From positions 18,496-82,495 of the IMG/VR virus record IMGVR_UViG_3300020577_011595: a DNA stretch of 64,000 nt; one strand, 5' to 3'. Positions within the stretch are counted from its first letter, which is position 1, and each line of letters begins with the position of its first letter. The notes under the pieces were generated by a model, which saw nothing but the letters and a program-made list of their open reading frames with translations, ran no database searches and was not told the DNA's origin. Origin of the DNA: a virus. Lineage: Duplodnaviria > Caudoviricetes. This document shows, piece after piece, positions 1-8,952 of this stretch. Both the position numbers and the translations under genes were made by a program.

Positions 1-308
1 ACCTTGCACACGACGCCGGCCAGCGTGCCGGTCTCGAGCGCACCCGCGAACTCGAAGCCCTCCTTCGAGAGCCCGTCGGGGATCGGGAGCACGGGGTAGC
101 CGGCGAGCGCGGCGCAGCCTGCGGCGAGCCCGATGAGCAGGCCCGCAAGCACGGGGTGCGCGGGCAGGGTGACGTAGTAGGCGCCCCGCCATCCGTGGTC
201 CCCGGCCTTCGCCTTGATCACGCGCTTGGCGATCTCGCCGAGGGTCCCGAGGGTGAGCGCGAGCACGATGATCGTCGGGCTCGCGAGAAGGTCCGTCCAG
301 ACTCCCAT
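1..308 (-). CDS. Holin-like membrane protein, truncated at the left edge
   Basis: Hand translation from ATG 308 (GAGGA upstream): MGVWTDLLASPTIIVLALTLGTLGEIAKRVIK...HPVLAGLLIGLAAGCAALAGYP. At least two hydrophobic segments, directly after the fibre gene. Absent from the ORF track because the stop lies outside the window. Confidence 0.6.
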   Translation of the reverse strand, partial: MGVWTDLLASPTIIVLALTLGTLGEIAKRVIKAKAGDHGWRGAYYVTLPAHPVLAGLLIGLAAGCAALAGYPVLPIPDGLSKEGFEFAGALETGTLAGVVCK

Positions 309-320
309 GCTGTCCTCCAC

Positions 321-2975
321 TCAGGGCACGTACGCGTTGACGAGGTTGAGGTCCTGGCCCGCCTCGTTGAACCCGCGACCGGCCGCGCCCGAGCCGTTCG
401 CGTCGATGTTCCCGCTCGGGCACACGTTGCCCATGATGAGGTGGTTGGCCGTGCTGAACCGGACGAAGACGTTGGGCCCTCCCGCGGTCAGCAGGCCCGT
501 GCAGTTGGTGACGCGGATGCGGATCGCGGCGACGAGGTCGGCGAAGTTGCCCGCGGTCGCAGTCGTCGTCGAGTGCTCGCAGTCGTCGATCGAGATCCCG
601 GTGGGGGTGCCCGCCGACTGGAACGCGTAGCCGCCGCAGTCGCGGAAGATGGTGCCGCGCATCCAGACTCCGGTCTGCGTCCCGGCGCCGTCGATGAAGA
701 TCGTGCGGGAGTTGGCCGAGTTGCTGGCCCAGCTCTCGAAGAGGGTCCCCTCGATCCTGACGTCCTGCACGTCGTCGAGGCGAAGCGCGCCGTACCCCGC
801 CGCCGGGGCGATGACCGCGCCGAAGCCGGCTTCCTGGCCGAGCAGGGTCCCTCCGCGGATCGTGAGCCGCGAGCAGTCGTCGAGGTTCAGCGCGCGGACG
901 CGCGTGACGCCCGCCGCCCAATCGGTGCCCTGGATGTTCCGCAGCTCGCCGAACGTCGAGCCGCCCGTGAGGATGACGCCGTCGAAGCGCCCCGAGCCGC
1001 CGCCCGCGGCGTTGCCGCAACCCACGAAGGCGAGCGAGTCGAGGAGGAAGTGATCCGTGTCGTCGAGGCGCACGCCGCCCGCGTCGAGCGACGTCGAGAG
1101 GGCGAACCGACAGTCCTCTACCCGCACGTGGGCCCCGTCCTCGACGCACACGGACCAGCCCGTGCCGTCCGTGGTGCCCGTGCCGCCGTCGACGGCGTGC
1201 GTGCCGTTGCTCGACGCGTCGTCGAACTGGCAGCCCGCGATGAGCCAGTCGAAGGGCGACGCACCGTTGTAGGTGCGGCCGTCGATCGCGTTCTCTTCGG
1301 TGCCGTGCGAGATCACGCAGTCGATGACGCGGAAGCGTCGCGCGCAGCGCGCGTCGATGAGGGCGACCGAGCCCGTGTAGACGGCGCTCGTGCGCCCCGT
1401 GATCGTGCAGTTGCGGATCTCGAAGCCGTTGACGCTGTCGATGCCCGGAACTCCGGCGCTCGCGGCGCGCAGCACGAGCTGGCAGCTCGTGAGCTGGCAG
1501 TGCTCGATCACGCCCATCTCGCGCTCGGTGGGACGCGAGCCCGTACCGTCGTCGTTGTAGAGCTGGATCCGCCCCTTGACGGTCGAATGCGAGATCCGGC
1601 TCGACCGCGCGTCCGCCGCGCGGATGGCGAAGCCCGCGTCGACGGCGGGCGTCGACTGCTCGATCGTGCACCCGATGATCTCGACCGCTCCCGTCGAGCT
1701 GAACATCCCGCGGCCGCCCGCGGTGGTGCCTGTCCAGAGCACCTCGAGCCCCTCGAGCGTGAGCCTCGACGAGGACGTCGACGAGACGCTCACTCCGTAC
1801 TCGCTCACTGCGAGCGCGGCACCGTCGATGGTGATCCGAGGCCGCCCGTAGACGCCCGGGTTGGCCTGTGCGTGGGTCGTGCCAGCTCGGATGGTCACGT
1901 GCAGCGGCTCGCCCGTGCCGCCCGCGAGGGTCTTGGGCCCCGAGAGCAGGTAGCCGTTGCCCGCGATGCCTCCGTGCACGACGATCGTGATCTTCTCGGC
2001 GCGGTTCGCAGCGGCGAGGCCCGCGACGTGCGCGAGGCACGAGTCGAGGCCCGTCGAGCCGTTGAAGTCGCCGAAGGTCGAGACGCCATCGCCGACGCTG
2101 TAGGTGATCGTGTCGACGGTGCGCAGGCTCTTGGTTGCGACGCCGAGCGCGTCGGCCGGGTCGTGCGCGGAGTAGACGCGGGAGAACCAGTCCCAGCGTG
2201 CGTCGTCGCTCGCGCCCTTGAGGTCTTGGATCTGCCGCGCGAGGGCGCGCAGCACGGGGTAGACCTCGTTGAGCCCGACCGAAGACGAGCCGCGAGCGGT
2301 CGATCGGCTGAAGTCCGCCATCCCGCCGGAGCCCGTCTGCGTCGTCTGCCGGTACGGGGTCGTGCCCTCGAACGCGAAGGTGCGCGCGTCCGTGATGTTC
2401 CCGCTGACGATGGTCGCGCCGCCCCACGCGACCGTGGCGAGCGTGATCCACTCCGAACTAGGCGCGCCAGAGAGCCGCAGCTCGATGGCGGGGAGCGCCC
2501 GGGTGTCCGTGGCCGCGATGAACTCGCTGTTCGCCCCGTCGTCCCAGAAGGCGCGGTTGTCGTTCGCCCCGTCGGTGTAGACGTGGCGCATCTCGACCGT
2601 GTACGTGCCCACCGGCTGCCCCGAGAAGTCGAGCGTGTAGCTCGCGTTGCCCTCGAGCGTTCCGTCCATCCCGTCGCCGCCGATGAGCTGCCCTGCGTCG
2701 TTGCGAGCGCCGAGGTTCTCCGCGCCGATCGCGAACGAGAGGGGGTTCGCGCCGCCCGGGTCGAGGCGGACGATCACGGTCGCGTCGGGAACGCTCTGCG
2801 CCTCGACCGCGAAGCCTCGGATGACGTAGTTGAGATAGTCGGGAGGGCTCGCGGGGTTGGGCCCGAGCAGGATCCCTCGAGCCGTCCGCCGGAACTCCCC
2901 GAGGACGAGGTAGCTGACGGCCGTGAGGTCGGGGAGGTCGACTCGCTCCTGGGGAGAGAACTTCGGGATCTGCAT
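321..2975 (-). CDS. Tail fibre/spike with parallel beta-helix region (possible depolymerase/receptor-binding protein)
   Basis: Start reset to ATG 2975 (MQIPKFSPQERVDLPDL). The C-terminal half has repeating I/V-x-x-C-x-I/F and G-x-x-I-x motifs typical of right-handed beta-helices. Lies downstream of the baseplate genes. Confidence 0.8.
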   Translation of the reverse strand: MQIPKFSPQERVDLPDLTAVSYLVLGEFRRTARGILLGPNPASPPDYLNYVIRGFAVEAQSVPDATVIVRLDPGGANPLSFAIGAENLGARNDAGQLIGGDGMDGTLEGNASYTLDFSGQPVGTYTVEMRHVYTDGANDNRAFWDDGANSEFIAATDTRALPAIELRLSGAPSSEWITLATVAWGGATIVSGNITDARTFAFEGTTPYRQTTQTGSGGMADFSRSTARGSSSVGLNEVYPVLRALARQIQDLKGASDDARWDWFSRVYSAHDPADALGVATKSLRTVDTITYSVGDGVSTFGDFNGSTGLDSCLAHVAGLAAANRAEKITIVVHGGIAGNGYLLSGPKTLAGGTGEPLHVTIRAGTTHAQANPGVYGRPRITIDGAALAVSEYGVSVSSTSSSRLTLEGLEVLWTGTTAGGRGMFSSTGAVEIIGCTIEQSTPAVDAGFAIRAADARSSRISHSTVKGRIQLYNDDGTGSRPTEREMGVIEHCQLTSCQLVLRAASAGVPGIDSVNGFEIRNCTITGRTSAVYTGSVALIDARCARRFRVIDCVISHGTEENAIDGRTYNGASPFDWLIAGCQFDDASSNGTHAVDGGTGTTDGTGWSVCVEDGAHVRVEDCRFALSTSLDAGGVRLDDTDHFLLDSLAFVGCGNAAGGGSGRFDGVILTGGSTFGELRNIQGTDWAAGVTRVRALNLDDCSRLTIRGGTLLGQEAGFGAVIAPAAGYGALRLDDVQDVRIEGTLFESWASNSANSRTIFIDGAGTQTGVWMRGTIFRDCGGYAFQSAGTPTGISIDDCEHSTTTATAGNFADLVAAIRIRVTNCTGLLTAGGPNVFVRFSTANHLIMGNVCPSGNIDANGSGAAGRGFNEAGQDLNLVNAYVP

Positions 2976-4060
2976 CAGAGCCTCGTTCCGAGCCGGACCT
3001 GAACGCCGGCCATGCGCACCTGGTCGAGAAGGCACCGCGCCGTGAAGAGCGGGTCCGAGAGGTAGGCCCAGCGGTCGGCCTGACCTACATCCTGCACCAC
3101 CGTCTCGTCGGCCGCGAGGTAGTGGGCCTCGACCGCGCCGTAGTCGACGATCACGGCGGTTCCTGCGGCCCCGGGCGACGTGCCCATGGTGATGGTCGGG
3201 CCGAGGAAGGTGCCGCCCGGGTTGAAGTAGTTGGTGAGGCCATCGCGGAAGCCCCGGCGGGTCAGCGGGGTGTCGGCGTAGACCCCGATCACGTGGTTGA
3301 CGTCGTAGTCCACGTCGACCGTGGCGAGCCCCGTCGTGAGCGCGGGCTCTCCCCCGTTCAGCACGAAGCGGCCGCGGATGTCGGTGGACAACTCGATGTC
3401 GATCTCGACGAAGACGACGAAGGGCTGCGACGTGGTGCGTTCACGGATCGTGAACGAGGTGTCGTTGCCGAAGAGCGCGGTGAGGGTCTCTTTGAACGCG
3501 TGCGCCGTGCTCTTCGGCAGGTAGGCGACCGCCTTGATCACGCGGCGGTACGCCTCGGCCGTGAGGCCGGGGCAACGGTGCATCCCGACGTTGCGGCCCA
3601 CGACGTCGAGGTCCGATCCGAGGGCCGTGCGCACGAAGAACCCGCGGCGTAGCACGTCGAGCGCGCTCGTGTTGGCTGCGAGGTCGAGCACGAGCGAGCC
3701 GGCCTTGTGGGCCTTCGCCGTGGTGTTCGACGCGCCGCGCGTGAGGGTCGTGAACTGGAAGGGGTAGCGGCTGCGCCGCGTGTCCGCGAGGATGACCTCG
3801 CCGTTGATCAGGAACCGCGCGTTGCCCGCCGTGCCGCCTGCCTCGTTGTCTTCCCACTCGCCGAAGCCGATCGTGGACTCCACGAGCGCGCCCGTGACGT
3901 CGTCGGCGGGGAGGTCCTCGGTGAGCCGGGTCATGGCGCGCCCCGCGATGCGGTCGTCCTCGCCCATGATCGCGTCGAGGACCGCGCGCAGCAGTCCTCG
4001 GGGCGTCGAGGGCGTCGAGGAGCCTACGGGATCTGCTTCATCGGCCGCGGTCGGCATCAC
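2975..4060 (-). CDS. Baseplate wedge protein (P2 gpI-like)
   Basis: GTG start overlapping the upstream TGA. Motif ALGSDLDVVGRNVGMHRCPGLTAEAYRRVIK resembles the LD..G...G..R..G.tDe.YR pattern of gpI-like proteins. Immediately upstream of the fibre. Confidence 0.6.
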   Translation of the reverse strand: MMPTAADEADPVGSSTPSTPRGLLRAVLDAIMGEDDRIAGRAMTRLTEDLPADDVTGALVESTIGFGEWEDNEAGGTAGNARFLINGEVILADTRRSRYPFQFTTLTRGASNTTAKAHKAGSLVLDLAANTSALDVLRRGFFVRTALGSDLDVVGRNVGMHRCPGLTAEAYRRVIKAVAYLPKSTAHAFKETLTALFGNDTSFTIRERTTSQPFVVFVEIDIELSTDIRGRFVLNGGEPALTTGLATVDVDYDVNHVIGVYADTPLTRRGFRDGLTNYFNPGGTFLGPTITMGTSPGAAGTAVIVDYGAVEAHYLAADETVVQDVGQADRWAYLSDPLFTARCLLDQVRMAGVQVRLGTRL

Positions 4061-4530
4061 CCACCTCGCAAGATCCGCGGGCCCGTGTCCCACTTCGGCG
4101 CGAACTTCGATCGAACCTCGAGCACCTTGCGGCGGTAGGCGAAGGCACGGGCTGCGACGACGTCCTCGAGCACGTTGCTGTCACCGCCGGATGTCGTGAC
4201 CCGCACGTGGTAGAGGCCCCGCTCGACGGCGGGGGTGCCCACGTAGCAGCGCGTGCGCTGGACGTCGTAGCGCGGGTCGAAGATGTAGCAGGGCGCCACC
4301 GCCGCGTAGGTCCCGGGCCCGCCGAGCACCAGCTCGACGACCATGGCCTCGTCGAAGTTGGTCCCGTGCACCACCAAGATCGACCCGCCCTCCTCGTCGA
4401 TGACCGCGGGAGAGACGAGGCTCGCCGTCGGGCCGGGCTCCGAGCGCACGGTCGAGATCGTCGGGGGCGGGAGGATCGTCCCCGTGCCCCACGGGCTGCC
4501 CGAGCCCCACGGTCCGATGCCCCACGTCAT
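4057..4530 (-). CDS. Small virion protein with IPT/TIG-like Ig fold
   Basis: Start MTWGIGPWGSGSPWG at 4530 (ATGA overlap). SPAVIDEEGGSILVVHGTNF...GLYHVRVTTSGG matches IPT/TIG style. Confidence 0.5.
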   Translation of the reverse strand: MTWGIGPWGSGSPWGTGTILPPPTISTVRSEPGPTASLVSPAVIDEEGGSILVVHGTNFDEAMVVELVLGGPGTYAAVAPCYIFDPRYDVQRTRCYVGTPAVERGLYHVRVTTSGGDSNVLEDVVAARAFAYRRKVLEVRSKFAPKWDTGPRILRGG

Positions 4531-4769
4531 ACGAGCCTCTCCCCGAGAAGGAGGTGCGTCGAGATCGCGCCGGACCAGTTGGGGGTGGTCGCGATGGCCG
4601 CGGGCGACGGGTTGATCTGCGTCTGCGAGTAGTAGCACCAGCGGCCACCGCCACCCGAGTCCCACACCTTCTGGTCGTAGTAGACGGCGTGGGGGCCGCC
4701 CAGGTCGGGCCAGGGGTTGAACGACTCGGTCGTGCCGAGATCAACGAGGTTGGTGGTCTTCGCTGCCAT
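4527..4769 (-). CDS. Hypothetical protein (80 aa), baseplate cassette
   Basis: Fills the gap between neighbours, has GAGGAG upstream and an ATGA overlap downstream, and has non-shadow amino-acid composition. Confidence 0.55.
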   Translation of the reverse strand: MAAKTTNLVDLGTTESFNPWPDLGGPHAVYYDQKVWDSGGGGRWCYYSQTQINPSPAAIATTPNWSGAISTHLLLGERLV

Positions 4770-4775
4770 GGCTCC

Positions 4776-5867
4776 TCACGTCGGGGTCGTCGCCCCGTCC
4801 CATCGTAGCCAGTAGCCGCCGGCCTGCGCCATCAGCGTGAGCGACTGCGCCGTGTCCCGGTTCGCCTGCGCACCGGACGCGGAGATCGCGCGGATGAAGC
4901 GGGACTCGCCCTTGATCTCTCCGATGGGAGAGATGTAGCCCCACGGCGTGTTCTGCGTGCCGGGGTTGCTGATCGCGGCCGCGCCGTACCACACGGGCTG
5001 GAGCAGATCGATGTCGGCACCGTCGTAGGGGTTCACGGTCCCGCCGTTGAGCAGGATGTCCTCCTGCGAGCCCGCGTAGGTGGGCCGGAGGATTCCGTAC
5101 CGCTGAGCCGCGTCGTCGCGGGGCGCGCTGCGAGATGGCCGTCCGAGCGGACCTCCGTTCGCCTGCGTGATCGTCGGAGAGCTGCCCACGCCCGCGTCGC
5201 CGTAGGAGTGAAAGGGCACGTAGTAGGACGCGAGCACGCTCGAGGCTGCGAACGGCGTCAGATAGCAGCCGGGCGACCAGAGGATGTAGGGGTCTGCATC
5301 GCCGGCTTGGGGGTTCTCGAGGCAGTCGTAGAAGAAGCCTCCCTGGATCACGCCTGACGAGTCACGCAGGTAGCAGGCGAAGGCCCAGCCCTCGTCCGCG
5401 TCGCCGATGATGTAGTCAGCGCGAGTGATCGTGGCGCCGCCGCCGAACGAGTGCCCGGTCATGCCCGAGCTTGGACGCCGCTCGCCCATCACCAGGAACG
5501 CGTCGGTGCCCGTGGGGGCCACGTCCGCCGCATGCGCGCCGTCGTCGGTACCCGTGAACGTGCCGCCGCGCGAGTAGCTCACGGACACGAGGTCGGTCGC
5601 GATGTTCCAGTCGCTGTGCTGCCAGAGCAACTGACGGCCATCGGGGGCCTCGATGAGCCACCACGCCCGGTGGTTGGTCACCGCGCCGGCCACGGGCTCG
5701 GTCGTGGTCGAGTACGTCGTGAGCACATCCCCGACGGCGGAGTAAGTGCCTCCCGAGCCGTCGCCCGAAGAGAGCACGGTCCAGCCCGCGGTCTTCAGCT
5801 TCTCCTTCAGCTCGTACAGTGCGCGCTGCGAGCCGTGCGAGTTGTTGCAACTGAACGTGAAGGCCAT
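4776..5867 (-). CDS. Putative tail/baseplate-associated protein, paralogue of 5878..6912
   Basis: 363 aa, aromatic/Gly-rich. Shares LKE.L..AGW.V..SG.GSGG.YSA.GD, KG.SR and WDG.T.PT with its neighbour. Confidence 0.65.
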   Translation of the reverse strand: MAFTFSCNNSHGSQRALYELKEKLKTAGWTVLSSGDGSGGTYSAVGDVLTTYSTTTEPVAGAVTNHRAWWLIEAPDGRQLLWQHSDWNIATDLVSVSYSRGGTFTGTDDGAHAADVAPTGTDAFLVMGERRPSSGMTGHSFGGGATITRADYIIGDADEGWAFACYLRDSSGVIQGGFFYDCLENPQAGDADPYILWSPGCYLTPFAASSVLASYYVPFHSYGDAGVGSSPTITQANGGPLGRPSRSAPRDDAAQRYGILRPTYAGSQEDILLNGGTVNPYDGADIDLLQPVWYGAAAISNPGTQNTPWGYISPIGEIKGESRFIRAISASGAQANRDTAQSLTLMAQAGGYWLRWDGATTPT

Positions 5868-5877
5868 CGGAGTCTCC

Positions 5878-6912
5878 TCAGAAGGTGGGAATCGTAGTGC
5901 CGTCCCAGGGGATGCTCACCATGCCGATCGCGAGACGAGTCCGATCCTGGTTGAGCCGCATGGCTCCGAGACGACGCTGGTTCTCCATGAAGAGCCTCGA
6001 CTTGCCCTTGAACCCGCGCTGCGTGGTGTGCGTCGCCCCTCCCCGCCAGTAGATGACCGGCAGCCCGGAGAACGCCTCGCCGTCGGCTCCCTCGCTCATG
6101 CGGTCGAGCGAGCGCGGGACCACCGTTCCGACCGCACCTTCCTGGCAGCCCCAGACGCAGATCGGATGCGTGGTGAAGGTCGCGCCGGTGAGGCCCTTCT
6201 TGTACCAGCCGCGCATGCAGCCGGAAGTCTGACTCGCCGTCCGCTCGCCGATGAGCCCCGACGACGTTTGGATCGCGAACTGGTAGCTGTCGTTCACGAA
6301 CTGCGTGCCGACCACCGCGGGGTCCGCGTCCGCTCCTTGCGTCTGCGTGAGCACGTCGAGGCACAAGACGGTCTCGTAGCCGGGGAAGCTGTAGTTGTTG
6401 TAGTCGATGCCCGATCGGCACCCGAAGAAGAACGAAAAGCCCTCGGTCGTGTCGCCCGCGACGATGTCCACCGCGCCGATGCCGGGCCCGCCCGAGTACG
6501 AAGGCACGCGCAAGAAGGCCGTCGTGCCCGCGGGGTCGTTGGTGAGCGCCTGCGAGTCGGTGGCCGTCGGGAGCGCCGTCGCGCTCGGGCTCCCGCCCGT
6601 GAACCCCGTGCCGTTGGACGAGTAGCGGATTCTCCAGTCGGAGTAGTCCGCGGTGACGAGCTTGAAGAGGAACGAACGCCTCGGGGACGCACCTGAGGGC
6701 TGACGAAGCTCGAACCACGCGTCGGCGAGGTCGAGCGTGCCCGCGTAGGGGCCTCCAGGAGCGTGCGCATCGCCCGCGGCTGAGTAGACGCCGCCGGAGC
6801 CCGTGCCCGAGCGCGCGACGCTCCAGCCGGCCGCCACGAGGGCCTCCTTCAGCATCCAGATCGCCTCGCCCGGCGTGGCGGGAAACTGGTTCGGTGTGAC
6901 AGTCCAGGCCAT
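5878..6912 (-). CDS. Putative tail/baseplate-associated protein, paralogue of 4776..5867
   Basis: Start reset to ATG 6912 (MAWTVTPNQF), overlapping the upstream TGA. Shared motifs as above. Confidence 0.65.
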   Translation of the reverse strand: MAWTVTPNQFPATPGEAIWMLKEALVAAGWSVARSGTGSGGVYSAAGDAHAPGGPYAGTLDLADAWFELRQPSGASPRRSFLFKLVTADYSDWRIRYSSNGTGFTGGSPSATALPTATDSQALTNDPAGTTAFLRVPSYSGGPGIGAVDIVAGDTTEGFSFFFGCRSGIDYNNYSFPGYETVLCLDVLTQTQGADADPAVVGTQFVNDSYQFAIQTSSGLIGERTASQTSGCMRGWYKKGLTGATFTTHPICVWGCQEGAVGTVVPRSLDRMSEGADGEAFSGLPVIYWRGGATHTTQRGFKGKSRLFMENQRRLGAMRLNQDRTRLAIGMVSIPWDGTTIPTF

Positions 6913-8942
6913 CAGATCGTCTCCCCGTAGACGCGCAGGTGCACGCCCTGGCACCGCGCGTCCTGCGCAGCCCCGCCCGCCGCGAGCGTGAACTCGTACC
7001 AGTCGCTCGCGGCGACCGTGTAGGCCGCCGTGATCGCCGTGTTGGCCGGCGCCCCGGTGGCCGTGAAGATCGCGACCTGGGTGCCCCCGGTGAAGCGCCG
7101 GATCCGCAGCTCGGCGGTGTCACCCCCTCCCGAGGTCGCACCGAGCATCGCGCGGCTGTCCCCCGAGATCACGCTGCCGTTCGAGAGCCAGATCATGCCT
7201 AGCGACAGCTCGGTCGTGCCCGTCTGCTCTCCGGTGAACGCGAGGTGATGCAGCTCCGGCGTGCGGGGCACGTCGACGTTCACGATCATCTCGGTCGTGC
7301 TGATAGCGTGCCCGAGGGCCTGCGTGAACGCGCTCGTCGCCGTAGGCAGGGTCGACGTGTACTGCCCCGCTGTGCCGCCGAGGTAGACCGTGCTGCCCGT
7401 CGTGAGGCCGGACAGCCCGCTCACGTAGCCCTGCATGAGCACGAGCGCGTAGACCGTCGCCCCGTCGCCGACGCCGCCGACGAGCACGACGCCGATCGCA
7501 GGCAGGCCGTTCACGTCACAGCTCGCCTTGCCGATCGTGGTCGCGCTCTGCGGCCGCACGACCTCGCCCGCGACCAGCGTCACGCCGTTCGCGATGAGGT
7601 ACTCGCGGATCGTCCCCTGGGCGTAGAGGCGCCCGCCCTTCGTGATCAGGGTCTCGCCCGCAGAGCCAGCTCGGTGCGCGAGATCCGCCACCGTCGAGCC
7701 GGCTGTGTTCGTACCCGGGCGCCAGAGGAGTCGCCCGAGGTTGTTCGTGTCGACGGGGTCCGAGCCGACGTTCGTCGTGTAGCCCTCGTGGCTCTTGATC
7801 GTGGTGCCGGTGCCCCCGCCCATGCGGATCGCGCTGTAGCCGATGATCGTGAGGGGGCTGCCGCTTTCGCCGATGTCCACGATGCCGAGCGAGCCGTCGA
7901 TCGTCAGGGCGTTGGCGCCGTTGATCTCCGACATGATCGGGTTCGCGTTCGTCGCGACCGAGATCACGACGCCCGCGCCCGTCCCGCTCGAGGTGTTGAC
8001 GAGCAGGCCGCGCCCTGCGCCCGTGGTGGCGATCAGGGCTGCGTCGCCCGAGCCGAGGTGCTGGATCGAGAGACCCTCGCCCGTCGCGTTCGCCCCCATG
8101 AGGATCGACGCGCCCGTGCCGGAGTCGCCGGCCGGCGTCGGGGCGCGCTCGATCTGAAGCGCGTGCATCGGGCTGCCCGCGCCGATGTTGGCCTCCAGCT
8201 TCAGCACGTAGGCATCGCCGGGCGAGCCGCTGCCCTGGGCGATGAGGATGCCGCCCGCGACGCTCTGTGTGATGTCGGTGCCCGCGTCGTAAGCATCTTG
8301 GAGAGTGCCTCCGCCCCCACCGCCGCCACCACCCGGGCCACTGACGATCGTGGTGCCGGACCGCATGAGGTATTCGCCATCGACGACAGCGCCCATCGTC
8401 AACGTCGTCGGGCCCGCGGTCTCTCGGAGGCCCCGGGCCTGGACCACCGTGACCGCCTGGGAACCAGTGCCCGGCCCCGCGGTCGCGTCGCCCGTGAGCT
8501 GGTTGATCCCGCTCGCCATGGACACGAGGGCGGCCCGCACAGCGCGGAGGATGGTCTCGACGGGGTTGCCCCAGCCCTGCGCGCCACGCTGCCCCGTCTC
8601 GCCCGCCGCGGGGATGTGCCACGCGTAGGGCGCCGCGAACGCCACGGACACGAACTGCTCGTCGGAGTCGACGAGCTGGGTGCGCCCGGCGTCGGAGAAC
8701 ACCTTGAGGCGCAGCAGGTAGGTGCCTGCGACGTCGGGGGTGAACTGCGGCGTGGCCGACGTCGTCGACGTCAGGCCGGTCGCGGAGCCCGGTGGCTTGT
8801 AGAGCAGCTCCCACTCCCAGCCCAGGATGCCCGTGTTGTCGAAGTTGCTCGCCGTGAAGGCGACGCCGAGAAACGCGTTCGCGCGCTCGATCGAGCCGGT
8901 GGTCGGCGAGACGCCGTCGTGGAGTACGATCAGGGCTGACAT
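6912..8942 (-). CDS. Multidomain virion protein (PKD/Ig-like N-terminus, Gly-rich linkers, DUF2190-like capsid-cement-type region)
   Basis: WEWELLYKPPGS...PQFTPDVAGTYLLRLKV is PKD-like. LVAGEVVR...AIGVVL...GYVSGLSGLTTGSTVYLG.TAG resembles DUF2190-type beta domains. Confidence 0.6.
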   Translation of the reverse strand: MSALIVLHDGVSPTTGSIERANAFLGVAFTASNFDNTGILGWEWELLYKPPGSATGLTSTTSATPQFTPDVAGTYLLRLKVFSDAGRTQLVDSDEQFVSVAFAAPYAWHIPAAGETGQRGAQGWGNPVETILRAVRAALVSMASGINQLTGDATAGPGTGSQAVTVVQARGLRETAGPTTLTMGAVVDGEYLMRSGTTIVSGPGGGGGGGGGTLQDAYDAGTDITQSVAGGILIAQGSGSPGDAYVLKLEANIGAGSPMHALQIERAPTPAGDSGTGASILMGANATGEGLSIQHLGSGDAALIATTGAGRGLLVNTSSGTGAGVVISVATNANPIMSEINGANALTIDGSLGIVDIGESGSPLTIIGYSAIRMGGGTGTTIKSHEGYTTNVGSDPVDTNNLGRLLWRPGTNTAGSTVADLAHRAGSAGETLITKGGRLYAQGTIREYLIANGVTLVAGEVVRPQSATTIGKASCDVNGLPAIGVVLVGGVGDGATVYALVLMQGYVSGLSGLTTGSTVYLGGTAGQYTSTLPTATSAFTQALGHAISTTEMIVNVDVPRTPELHHLAFTGEQTGTTELSLGMIWLSNGSVISGDSRAMLGATSGGGDTAELRIRRFTGGTQVAIFTATGAPANTAITAAYTVAASDWYEFTLAAGGAAQDARCQGVHLRVYGETI

Positions 8943-8952
8943 CGGGGCTCGC

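Noticed and set aside
4776-6912. Diversity-generating retroelement or invertible tail cassette behind the paralogous genes
   Set aside because: No reverse transcriptase, invertase, near-identical template repeat or inverted orientation. Similarity is at protein level only.
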